Shown here: in pieces, positions 10,325-18,680 of the stretch | Layout: the number at the start of each line of letters is the position of its first letter | Position numbering within the stretch: position 1 is the stretch's first letter | Origin: Malacoraja senta | Taxonomy: Eukaryota | Assembly (NCBI GenBank): GCA_038087875.1 | Contig: JAXLNO010000174.1 | Span: 247,884 to 267,883, forward strand | Reading direction: 5' to 3' | Length of the DNA stretch: 20,000 nucleotides | Notes under the pieces: generated by a model | Database searches by the model: none | Told to the model about the DNA's origin: nothing | What the model saw: the letters and a program-made list of their open reading frames with translations, nothing else | Position numbers and translations under genes: made by a program

Positions 10325-10949
10325 GTTTAGTTTGTGTTTAGTTTAGAGATACAGCATGGAAACGGGCGGCACGATGGCGCAGCGGTAGAGTCGCTGCCTT
10401 GCAGCGCCAGAGACCCGGGTTCGATCTTGACTACGGGTGCAGTCTGTACAGAGTTTGTACGTTCTCCCCATGACCTGCGTGGGTTTTCTCCGAGATCTTC
10501 GGTTTCCTCCCACATTCCAAAGACGTACAGCTTAGTAGGTGAATTGGTTTGGTATAAATGTAAATTGTCCCTAGTGTGTGTAGGACAGTATTAGTGTGTG
10601 TGGATCGCTGGTCGGCACGGACTCGGTGGGCCGAAGGGCCTGTTTCCACGCTGTAACTCCAAACTAAATTAAACTAAACTAAACAGGCACGTCAGCCCAC
10701 CGAGTCCACGCTGACCATCGATCACACAATCACACGCGTTGTAGCTTACCCCACATTCTCATCTACTCCCGACAGAACAAGGGCACTTTACAGAGGCCAA
10801 TTAACCTACAAACCAGCACATCTTTGGGATGTTGGTGGGAACCGGAGGAACATGCAAACTCCATACAGACAACACCCAAGGTCAGGATCGGACTCAGACC
10901 TCAGACACTGTGAGGCAGCAGCTCTATCTGCTGTGCCACAATGCCGCCC
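10325..10949 (-). mobile_element. Older V-SINE (10325-10363 plus 10685-10949) interrupted by an opposite-strand copy
   Basis: AGATACAGCATGGAAAC | AGGCACGTCAGCCCACCGAG rejoin as the consensus tail; the head ends ATGCCGCCC at 10949. Confidence 0.88.
10364..10684 (+). mobile_element. V-SINE (HE1-like), full length
   Basis: GGGCGGCACGATGGCGCAGCGG A box, GGTTCGATCT B box, V domain and (AAACT)n tail. Confidence 0.96.
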
Positions 10950-11488
10950 AGTCATTCATTTGATTTTTTAAAATATATTTTATATTCATACGATTTAGCC
11001 TTAAAATATATTACAGTGTAAATCATTGTTATTTAAAAAGGTACGGCCATGATTTATGTCAATTTATTTTAAGGTTAATGGATTGAATACTAGTGTTTCA
11101 GTAATGTTTGTTGGTGCAATTCTCATGTAACCTGCTCCCCCATTCTCCACGGTTGCTGGTTGGCTGAGCACAATGCTGTGTTTTGCTTAATTAGTTAAAT
11201 TAATGTATTTTTTTGTGAATGCTTGACTGAAACACAAGTAGGACACAACTGGGACACAGAATAGGCTGGTACTTAGCACAGCGGCTCCAAGACCAGTGGG
11301 TTTTTCCTCTATGTCTATACCGGGCACTCAGTGGCATCATCACACAAGAGTGATCATTGTGCAGTATTGAGCTCGAACAGATATTCGTAGCTTGGCCGCT
11401 GAACACGTCCATCTCTGGGAAAAGCAATTGCTCGTCTCACTCACCGATCACTGAAGGGGTGACTGTGGTGAGGGGGGGGGGGGGGGAG

Positions 11489-12335
11489 CAGGGACGGAAA
11501 TCGCTATCAAAATATGGAGGGGACCGGGGGACAGGGGGGACACAATTTCTTGGCGGCCGTGCGCGCATGCGCACTCTCACACACACACGCGAGGCTTCGA
11601 AGGCTTCTGCCGTGAGCCCTGAGAATGGTAATTACAGCTAAATGCAGCTCAACTCTGCCTGTGCCGCCGGGTTAACCTACAGCCCTGCCTGGACTGATGG
11701 AATACCAGTCCGGAGCCGTGGAGCTAGCGCTGCTTCTCCGTGCTGGCTGTAAGCTTGGGCCATATTTCCCTGGTATGTTAACCTGGCGGGACAGGCAGAG
11801 TTGAGCTGGGTTTAGTGCTGCTTCTCTGCGCTGGCTGTGGGCCTGGGGGCACAGCTCCCGTCTGACTCCCGACGTCTCTGCCCACCCCCGGGCGTGGGCA
11901 CTCGGGTGGGGACGGGGATGTTCCAGTGGCGGTTCGGCAGCGATTGCAGCGCCAGAGAGCCGGCCGGGATCGATCATGGCTGCAGATGAGGCACAGGTCT
12001 GTGTCCAGGGCTGCGGTTGTGACCCTGTGACCTGGGCACGTCTCCCTCCTCCAATCACCGCGCTCTATCCTCAGTCCCACCCCCTACTTTCGCCTCTGAC
12101 TGACACCTCCCTCCTCCAATCATCGCACTCAATCATCATGTCCCGCCCCATTGCCTGCTGACTGACGTCTCTCTCTTCCAATCGGCGCCCTCGATCAGCA
12201 GTCCCACCCCCAGTCTCGCGGAAAGCGGAGATTTCACCGGGTTTTAAAATCCGGATTACAAAAAATTGGGGGGGATCTTCCCCCACCTCTCAAAACAGGG
12301 GGGGGGGACCTGCCCCCCCAGGATTTCCGCCACTG
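11489..12335. mobile_element. Non-autonomous hAT-superfamily DNA transposon (MITE-like), 847 bp
   Basis: Left TIR CAGGGACGGAAATC versus right TIR (reverse complement) CAGTGGCGGAAATC, 12/14 identical; 8-bp TSD GGGGGGAG at 11481-11488 and 12336-12343; no transposase ORF. Confidence 0.85.
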
Positions 12336-12503
12336 GGGGGGAGAACAAAGGAGGATCCGGCGCGGGGCACTTTGTAACTTTGACAGCGCCCCTTATGTGG
12401 TGACTCTTTGCGTACCTTGGGTACGCAAAGCAACGAATATCACTGTGACTTGTCATATGTGACAATAAAGTATTAATTAATTAATTCATTCATTAATTCA
12501 TTC
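12336..12503 (+). mobile_element. Retroposon 3' end with (ATTA/ATTC)n tail, host of the hAT insertion (upstream G tract ~11465-11488)
   Basis: Homologous to 3890-4107; ends TGTGACAATAAAG plus microsatellite. Confidence 0.7.
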
Positions 12504-12539
12504 AGATGGAAGGCAGCTGATGTGAGAGAAATACTTATC

Positions 12540-13022
12540 AAAGGATGAGGGGAAACCTCAATGAAATTTACCAAATAGTGATGAGCTTTGACGGCATTGG
12601 GCATGTACTCGCTGGAGTTTAGAAGGATGAGAGGACACCTCATTGAAACTTAGCGAATAGTGTAAAGCCTGGATAGAGTGGATGTGGAGAGGATGTTCCC
12701 ACTAGTGGCAGAGTCCAGGACCAGAGGCCATGGCCTCAGAATGAAAGGACGTACCTTTAGAAAGGAAGTGAGAATTAATTTCTTCAGTCAGAGGGTGGTG
12801 AATCTGTGAAATTCATTGCCGCAGACGGCGGTAGAGGCCAAGTCAATGGAAATTTTTAAAGCGGAGATTGACAGATTTTTGATTAGTACGGGTGTCAGGG
12901 GTTATGGGGAGAAGGCAGGAGAATGGAGTTGAGAGGGAAAGATAGATCAGCCATGTTGCATAGCGGAGTAGACTTGATGTGCTGAATGGCCTAATTTTGT
13001 TCATATAACTTATGAAATTATG
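12540..13022 (+). mobile_element. CR1 3' fragment
   Basis: TACTCGCTGGAGTTTAGAAGGATGAGAGG…TTCAGTCAGAGGGTGGTGAATCTGTG…GAATGGCCTA plus TTATG tail; 12540-12580 duplicates 12621-12662. Confidence 0.9.
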
Positions 13023-13240
13023 TTCAAATGTTGAGGCAGAACGTGTGGAGAAGTTTGTGAATGAAGACAATGAGGATATGTGCACCCACAAAGAAAACGT
13101 CTTGCCTTTTACTTAGTTATTGAAGGCAATTAGTTATTAGTTATTGAAAGTACCACCATGAGGAAAAGAAAACCAATTAAATGCAGATAAAAGTGAGATC
13201 TGTAGAAATGCAGATTAAATGTAGAAAAAATGAGATATTT

Positions 13241-13714
13241 GATAAGGTGAGAGGAGTGAAGTTTAATGGAGATGTGCGGGGCAGATTTTTTACACAGAGG
13301 GTGGTGAGTGCCTGGAAAGGCTGCCAGGAGTGGTGGGTGAAGCAGATACTTTTGGATAGGAACGTGGCTATGCAGGGATTGGAGAGATATAGGTTATGTG
13401 CAGGTAGATAAGTGATGGTATTGGCATCATGTTCAACACAGACATTGTGGGCCGAAGGGCCTGTTTAGTTTAGTTTAGTTTAGAGATACAGCGTGGAAAC
13501 AGGCCCTTCATCCCACCGAGTCCGCGCCAACCAGTGATCCTCGCACATTAAAACTATCCTACACTAGGGACATTTTTTTAACATTTATGCCAACCCAATT
13601 AATCTACAAACCTGTACGTCTTTGGATTGTGGGAGGAAACCAAAGTTCTCGGAAAAAACCCACGCAGGTCACGGGGAGAATGTACAAACTCCGTACAGAC
13701 AATCTCTATGACTC
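13241..13714 (+). mobile_element. CR1 3' fragment (13241-13466 plus tail 13702-13714) interrupted by a SINE
   Basis: KVRGVKFNGDVRGRFFTQRVVSAW; 3'UTR GTGGGCCGAAGGGCCTGTTT | ATCTCTATGACTC. Confidence 0.85.
13463..13701 (-). mobile_element. V-SINE lacking the tRNA head (5'-truncated)
   Basis: (GTTTA)n tail through the V domain, stopping at CCGTACAGACA. Confidence 0.92.
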
Positions 13715-13742
13715 CTTGCAGTGGTCTATATTTTATACGAGT

Positions 13743-13887
13743 AAGAAGGAACTGCAGATTCTAGTTTAAAGTGATGATTATGTAAACCGATTCAGACAGA
13801 AGGGTCTCGACCCCAAACGTCACCCATTCCTTCTCTCCAGAGATGCTGCCTGTCGCACTGAGTTACTCCAGCTGTTTGTGTCTATCT
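13743..13887 (+). mobile_element. Penelope-like terminal repeat with an inverted 5' piece and a 16-bp TSD
   Basis: Inverted AAGAAGGAACTGCAGA…TTTAAA (13743-13768), then AGAAGGGTCTCGACCCCAAACGTCACCC…TGTGTCTATCT; TSD TATATTTTATACGAGT, whose right copy is split by the Helitron. Confidence 0.85.
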
Positions 13888-14283
13888 TATCTATATTACT
13901 AAAAGTCTGATCTTGACCACTTCCTGTTGTTCTGTATATTGATTTTAGAAAAAACGCTGCCACTTACGACTGTGATTTTTGGCCATCTTACTCAGAGTCC
14001 CCATCCGCTGAGCAGGACAAGAGGATTTTTTCTCATCGATGAAAAATAAAAGAGTTATTAGTGTTTAAAAAATGTTGAGATTCTCTCTCCTGAAGGCCAC
14101 GCCCCTTCCAGAGGGACTATAAAACCCGGAGGGGTTGAGTGCCTCAGTCAGTCTCTGCAAGATGGGGGAGCGAGAGGGTCACGTCTCCCAGGCTGAGCTG
14201 TGAATAACACTGAACACATGTCTACTAAACTGTGAGTGGTTTTACTAACCTGTCAGTGCCCTTAATGTGGTTTGAAAATATAG

Positions 14284-14464
14284 TTTGGAAATGCTAAAAC
14301 TGTGTTACCTTTGGTTTGGAAATGCTAAAGCTGTGTTGCCTTTGGGTTGGAAATGCTAAAGCTGTGTTGCCTTTGGTTTGGAAATGCTAAAGCTGTGTTG
14401 CCTTTGGTTTGGAAATGCTAAAGCTGTGTTCCCTTTGGTTTGGAAATGCTAAAGCGGTGTTGCC
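14284..14464. repeat. 31-bp minisatellite, ~6 copies (TTTGGAAATGCTAAAGCTGTGTTGCCTTTGG)
   Basis: GGAAATG recurs at 14287, 14318, 14349, 14380, 14411 and 14442. Confidence 0.97.
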
Positions 14465-14598
14465 TAATTAAAGTTGCCTTGCTTAATTAAAGTTGCATTG
14501 TCTAATTAAAGTTACGTTGCTTAATTAAAGTTTCATTGCCTAATTAAAGTTCCCTTGCCTAATTAAAGTTGCCTTGCCTAATTAAAGTTGCCTTGCCT
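14465..14598. repeat. 19-bp minisatellite, 7 copies (TAATTAAAGTTGCCTTGCC)
   Basis: TAATTAAAG recurs at 14465, 14484, 14503, 14522, 14541, 14560 and 14579. Confidence 0.97.
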
Positions 14599-14928
14599 TC
14601 TATATAATTATAAGTCTATTCTTGACGACGTCTTGTTTGCGCTTTATATTGATTTTAGAAAAAACGCTATCACGTACGGCTGTGAATTTTGGCCATCTTA
14701 CTCAGAGTCCCCCTCTGCTCATCAGGTGCCGAGGATTTTCCCCATCGATGAAAAATAAAAGAGTTATTAGTGTTTTAAAAATGTTGAGATTCTCCCTCCT
14801 GTCAATCACGCAATGAATGCCACACCCCTTCTGATGGGAGAGGGGGAGGGATTATAAAACCCAGAAGTGTGGGCGTGGCTCAGTCTCTGCAAGATGGAGG
14901 AGGGAGAGGTCACGACTCGTTGTTTTTA

Positions 14929-15148
14929 GTGGCCTTGCACCCTGCTTGAAATGGTATGAAACTGCACTTGAATTTGGTGGCCTTGCACCCTGCTTGAAGT
15001 AGTAAGAAACTGCACTTGAATTTGGTGGCCTTGCACCCTGCTTGAAATGGAATTTCAAGGAATAGCCGTGAGTCAACTGCCAGCACACCAGCCGTGAGTG
15101 AGTGAGCTGCCAGCACAACAGGCTTGAATGACTGAGCTGCCAGCACAA
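14929..15148. repeat. 48-bp tandem repeat (~2.5 copies, 14929-15050) followed by three ~30-bp CTGCCAGCAC-containing units
   Basis: GGCCTTGCACCCTGCTTGAA at 14931, 14979 and 15027; CTGCCAGCACA three times in 15064-15148. Confidence 0.92.
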
Positions 15149-16392
15149 GAATCCCTTTGGCCCACAATGTCCATACTAGCCCTCTGGAAACCAGTCCCTT
15201 CAGCCCACAACACCCATACTAGCGCTCCAGAAAGCCCCCCCCCAACTCCCCCACTGGCCATCAATATTGGAATTGGTGGAGAGTATTGCGTTGGGGGACC
15301 AGCCCTCCCGTGTGATGCTGGGACCCAACGGGTCCCACTTAGTCTAGTATTTTATACGAGTCAGCTTGTAAAATAGTGAACAAGTCCACGTACATTCATA
15401 AGGTGGTCAATAGTGATTGGGAAGTGCATCCATGAACTGAAGCCAAAACTCAATCACAAGAGTTTGTTTTGAGAATGTCTAATGTCAATGAAACAGGAAC
15501 CCATTTCTATTCTTAGAATTAGCTTAAGGCTATTGAACCTTGCCTGCAGTAAGTTCAAGAAAATAAACATCTAACGTCACCTATTTATCATCCAACTACA
15601 ACGAACAAAAAAAAATCACAGATCCTTTAAACAGACTTGAATTTTTAATAATGAGGTTTTAATGCAATGTTTATCATGATGGAGAGAGAGTGGAAAAAGT
15701 CAGATTTATTATAATAATGTCATGGAGCATTTGGTAGTGTTTGTCATTCTTCTACAAACTGAAAATTGCCATATCACGTTATTTTTAAACAGGTTTCTTA
15801 ACAAAAGATTTTTTAATAATGAGTTATTGAAATCCATTTATCATATAAATGGCAGAACAATTGATAACGAGCTGAATTTGAACTTACCGACTTTAATTCC
15901 ATTTGTAGCAATTTAAAACTGAGCAATTTAATCTTCTCAGTTTTAGTTCTGAATAGTTCAGCAGGGTTATTATGCATTCAGATATTTTTTTCTTAAGAAT
16001 TCACTGATCTGATTCAAAAGGCCAATTTTGTAATGTTGGGCTAACATGAAACAGCAGTCTTGCCTGGACAGTGTGATTATGTTTGGAAGAATCTTGCATT
16101 CATTCTGCCAATGTTATCTCAGTCCCGTTAATGTTGTCGTCTGTGTTCAGTATCAGGTGTGGCCCCATGTAACTTCAGAAGCAAAATCAAATTTAACAAG
16201 GTCGTGTAGTGGGCGGCACGGTGGCGCAACGGTAGAGTTGCTGCCTCACTGCGCCAGAGACCCAGGTTTGATCCTGACTACGGGTGCTGTATGTACGGAA
16301 TTTGTACGTTCTCCCTGTGACCACATGGGTTTTCTCCGGGTGCTCTGGTTTCCTCCCATGCTCCAAAGACGTACAGGTTTGTAGGCTAATTG

Positions 16393-16788
16393 AGAGTCAA
16401 GGGTTTTTTTGTCAGATGTCCCAGTTAGAACAATGAAATTCTTACTTGCAGCAGCACAACAGAATATGTAAACATAGTACACTTTAAACAATATAATAAA
16501 CGAGAGAGAAAAATAAAGTTGTGTGGTGTGTGTATATATATACACTCACTCATAAATACACACATATATATATACATATATATACACTCATATATCTATA
16601 TATACATACATATACATATATATACACATATACATATATACACATATATATATATACACACACATACGCACGCACACAAAAACCAAACAATAATAGTCTA
16701 TGTAGTTGGGAGCTTATTTGAGGTTGCAGTGTTTAACAGCTGACTGGCTGTAGGGAAGAAGCTGTTCCACAACCTGGATGTTCAGGAC
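16393..16788 (-). mobile_element. Rex1/Babar-type 3' end containing a (TA/CA)n microsatellite
   Basis: Minus strand gives SRLWNSFFPTA-like coding and a 3'UTR ending GACTCT; ATTG duplicated at 16389-16392 and 16789-16792. Confidence 0.8.
16520..16677. repeat. Compound (TA)n/(CA)n microsatellite
   Basis: Direct inspection; it accounts for the low-complexity ORFs 16519-16743 and 16521-16721. Confidence 0.97.
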
Positions 16789-16899
16789 ATTGGTTTCTGT
16801 AAATTGTCCCTCATGTGTAGGATAGTGCTGGTGCACGTGATGATCGCTGGTTGGCACGGAGTTGGTGCCAAAAGGTCTGTTTCCACACTGTATCTCTAA

Positions 16900-17165
16900 A
16901 GAGTCAAGTCAAGAGTGTTTTATTGTCATATGTCCCGGATGGGACAATGAAATTCTTACTTGCTGCAGCACAACAGAATACGTGAATATGTTAACATAGG
17001 ACATAACGGGGGAAGAGAAAAAAGAAAGAAAAAGTTCAATAAATAACAAATATAGTGCAATAATAATATAGTCTTTTGCAGTTCAGAGCTCAGAGCTTAT
17101 TCATTGTTGTGTTTAATAGCCTGATGGCTGTGGGGAAGAAGCTGTTCCTGAACCTGGACGTTACA
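16900..17165 (-). mobile_element. Second Rex1/Babar-type 3' end of the same family
   Basis: Minus strand translates TSRFRNSFFPTAIRLLNT; shares ACAATGAAATTCTTACTTGC.GCAGCACAACAGAATA with the 16393 copy. Confidence 0.85.
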
Positions 17166-17324
17166 AGTGTGATGGGTGTTGAGTTTATGAAGTTGGGGGT
17201 GTGAGGGTGGGGTGGAATCCCAACTAGACTGCTGAGCAGTGGGTTACAGACAAAGTCGCCCCTTTAATTCAAAGAATATATGGCGCTAATCGGAACATTA
17301 CTCACATCTGAAAATCAAATAAGG

Positions 17325-17402
17325 AGATGCTCGGCAGGTCAGTCACCATCTGTGGAGGGACAAGCAAAGTGAATCTTTCATGTCAATGGCCCCTCATCAG
17401 AA
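17325..17402 (-). mobile_element. Degraded Penelope-like repeat with CTGATGA…GAAA core boxes
   Basis: Reverse complement reads TTCTGATGAGGGGCCATTGACATGAAAGATTCAC…CCACAGATGGTGACTGACCTGCCGAG. Confidence 0.65.
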
Positions 17403-17417
17403 ATATTCTAAGGAGAG

Positions 17418-17526
17418 GACATAAGAAATAGAGGCTGAAGTAGACTATTTGCCCCCTCCCTGCTCCAATCTTCAATTAGATTCTGGCTGATATTTTACCT
17501 CAGTTCCATTTTCCTGCACCAAGCCC
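17418..17526 (-). mobile_element. Degraded CR1 3'UTR
   Basis: ACATAAGAAATAG…GAAGTAGACTATT…CCTGCTCC…TGGCTGAT…CCTCAGTTCCATTTTCCTGC resembles a reversed CR1 3' end. Confidence 0.65.
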
Positions 17527-17547
17527 ACGTTCATTAATGCTGTGGAT

Positions 17548-17630
17548 GTGAAACGTTGACTCTGCTTCTCTTTCCACAGATGCTGCCTGACCTACTGAGT
17601 GTTTTCCACCATTTTGGGTTTCTATGTTAC
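17548..17630 (+). mobile_element. Penelope-like repeat fragment
   Basis: GAAACGTTGACTCTGCTTCTCTTTCCACAGATGCTGCCTGACCTACTGAG. Confidence 0.75.
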
Positions 17631-17735
17631 ATCGTGGAACTTCAAAGCCTCATCGAAGGTTATCCCTCATTTTAATTTGACCATAGTCTTCAATAAAGGT
17701 TTAAAAAAACTAAGTCTTGGAGGAACAAGGACCGG

Positions 17736-18092
17736 TCTCACCCTGGCCACTCCCTCTTCTCACCTCTCCCAGCAGGTAAGAGGTTGAGAAGTTTGAAAAA
17801 GCACACCTCTAGATTCAGGAACAGTTTCTACCCAGCTGTTATCAGGCAACCGAACTGTCCTCTCATCAGCTAAATTGCAATCCTGACCTCCCATCTACCT
17901 CATTGGGAACCTTTGAACTATCTTTAATAGGACTTTATTCGACTTCAATATTAAATATTTGCACTAAATGTTGCATCCTTTATCCATTGTCGTTGCACCG
18001 TGGACGGCATGATTATATTCATGTATAGTCTTTGATTGGATAGCACGCAAAGAAAAGCCTTTCACCATATCACATTACACCTGACAATGAAC
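17736..18092 (+). mobile_element. Rex1/Babar-type LINE 3' fragment
   Basis: Translates SHPGHSLFSPLPAGKRLRSLKKHTSRFRNSFYPAVIRQ; 3'UTR ends …TGACAATGAA. Confidence 0.85.
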
Positions 18093-18109
18093 GAAGATAA
18101 TCTAACCTA

Positions 18110-18345
18110 AGCAGGTCAGGCAGCATCTGCAGAAGGAAATGAACAGACAACATTTTGGATCGAGACCCTTCTCTCGACTGATTAGAGTAGAGGAGAGAAA
18201 CCTAGGAAGACTAGAGTCGAGGAAACGATAGGTATAGTGGGACAAAGCCTGGCAAGTGATGGTGTTGTGTGGGGTTGGGGGGGGGGAGGGGAGATTGGCA
18301 GATGGGAAGTGCAAGTGATAAAAGCTGGAGCTGGAAAGGAGACCA
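18110..18345 (-). mobile_element. Penelope-like 3'UTR and terminal repeat
   Basis: CAGGTCAGGCAGCATCTG…TTTTGGATCGAGACCCTTCT followed by a purine-rich UTR as at 6321-6700; the distal boundary is approximate. Confidence 0.75.
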
Positions 18346-18680
18346 AAGGGCATCAGATTCCATGGAACTGAATTGTTCTCTAACTTTCTCCACATTTGTC
18401 CAGCTGTCCCTTCCTGTTCACCTGCTCTGTTATTCCAGGGTGATGACTGCGGACAGCAGGTGATGTTTAATCATTTCCTATTTGGCCGAACCTTGTTCAT
18501 GTTTGTCTGCTCCTTGTGAAAGGCACTGACACTTGCAGCAAGACTCGGGTATCATTCACCCTGCAGTTTATCCCAAAGGCCGTTCTTCAAGTGTCATCCT
18601 CATCTACACGGTCGACATTGGAAGTTTTCTTAACCACACCGGTAAGTTCAACACTGTCAGATCAACGCAGGTGTCTTTAC

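Larger units (their letters stand above)
13890..15347 (+). mobile_element. Non-autonomous Helitron (rolling-circle transposon), composite with two 5' ends
   Basis: Begins TCTATATTACTAAAAG after an A and ends CTAG before a T. Hairpin TGGGACCC-AAC-GGGTCCCA (15319-15337) lies just upstream of CTAG. No TSD of its own and no Rep/helicase ORF. Confidence 0.92.
16211..16900 (+). mobile_element. V-SINE split by a LINE-tail insertion (16211-16392 plus 16793-16900)
   Basis: Head and V domain run to GTAGGCTAATTG; the element resumes GTTTCTGTAAATTGTCCC and ends CTGTATCTCTAAA. Confidence 0.9.

Noticed and set aside
10364..10440. tRNA gene (A and B boxes)
   Set aside because: This is the tRNA-derived head of a V-SINE repeated many times in the window, with no complete cloverleaf or terminator.
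11672..12161. GC-rich ORFs or a host CpG-island promoter
   Set aside because: They lie wholly within the TIR/TSD-bounded hAT element and show no recognisable domain; open frames are expected at high GC.
14284..14598. Regular 31-bp repeats resembling a CRISPR array
   Set aside because: Units are head-to-tail with no unique spacers, there are no cas genes, and the context is a eukaryotic Helitron.
16519..16743. His/Ile/Tyr/Thr-rich ORFs
   Set aside because: Translation of a (TA/CA)n microsatellite.
18440..18529. Possible C/D-box snoRNA (GTGATGA … CTGA)
   Set aside because: Poor terminal stem, internal C'/D'-like boxes in the wrong order, and no rRNA or snRNA antisense element recognised.
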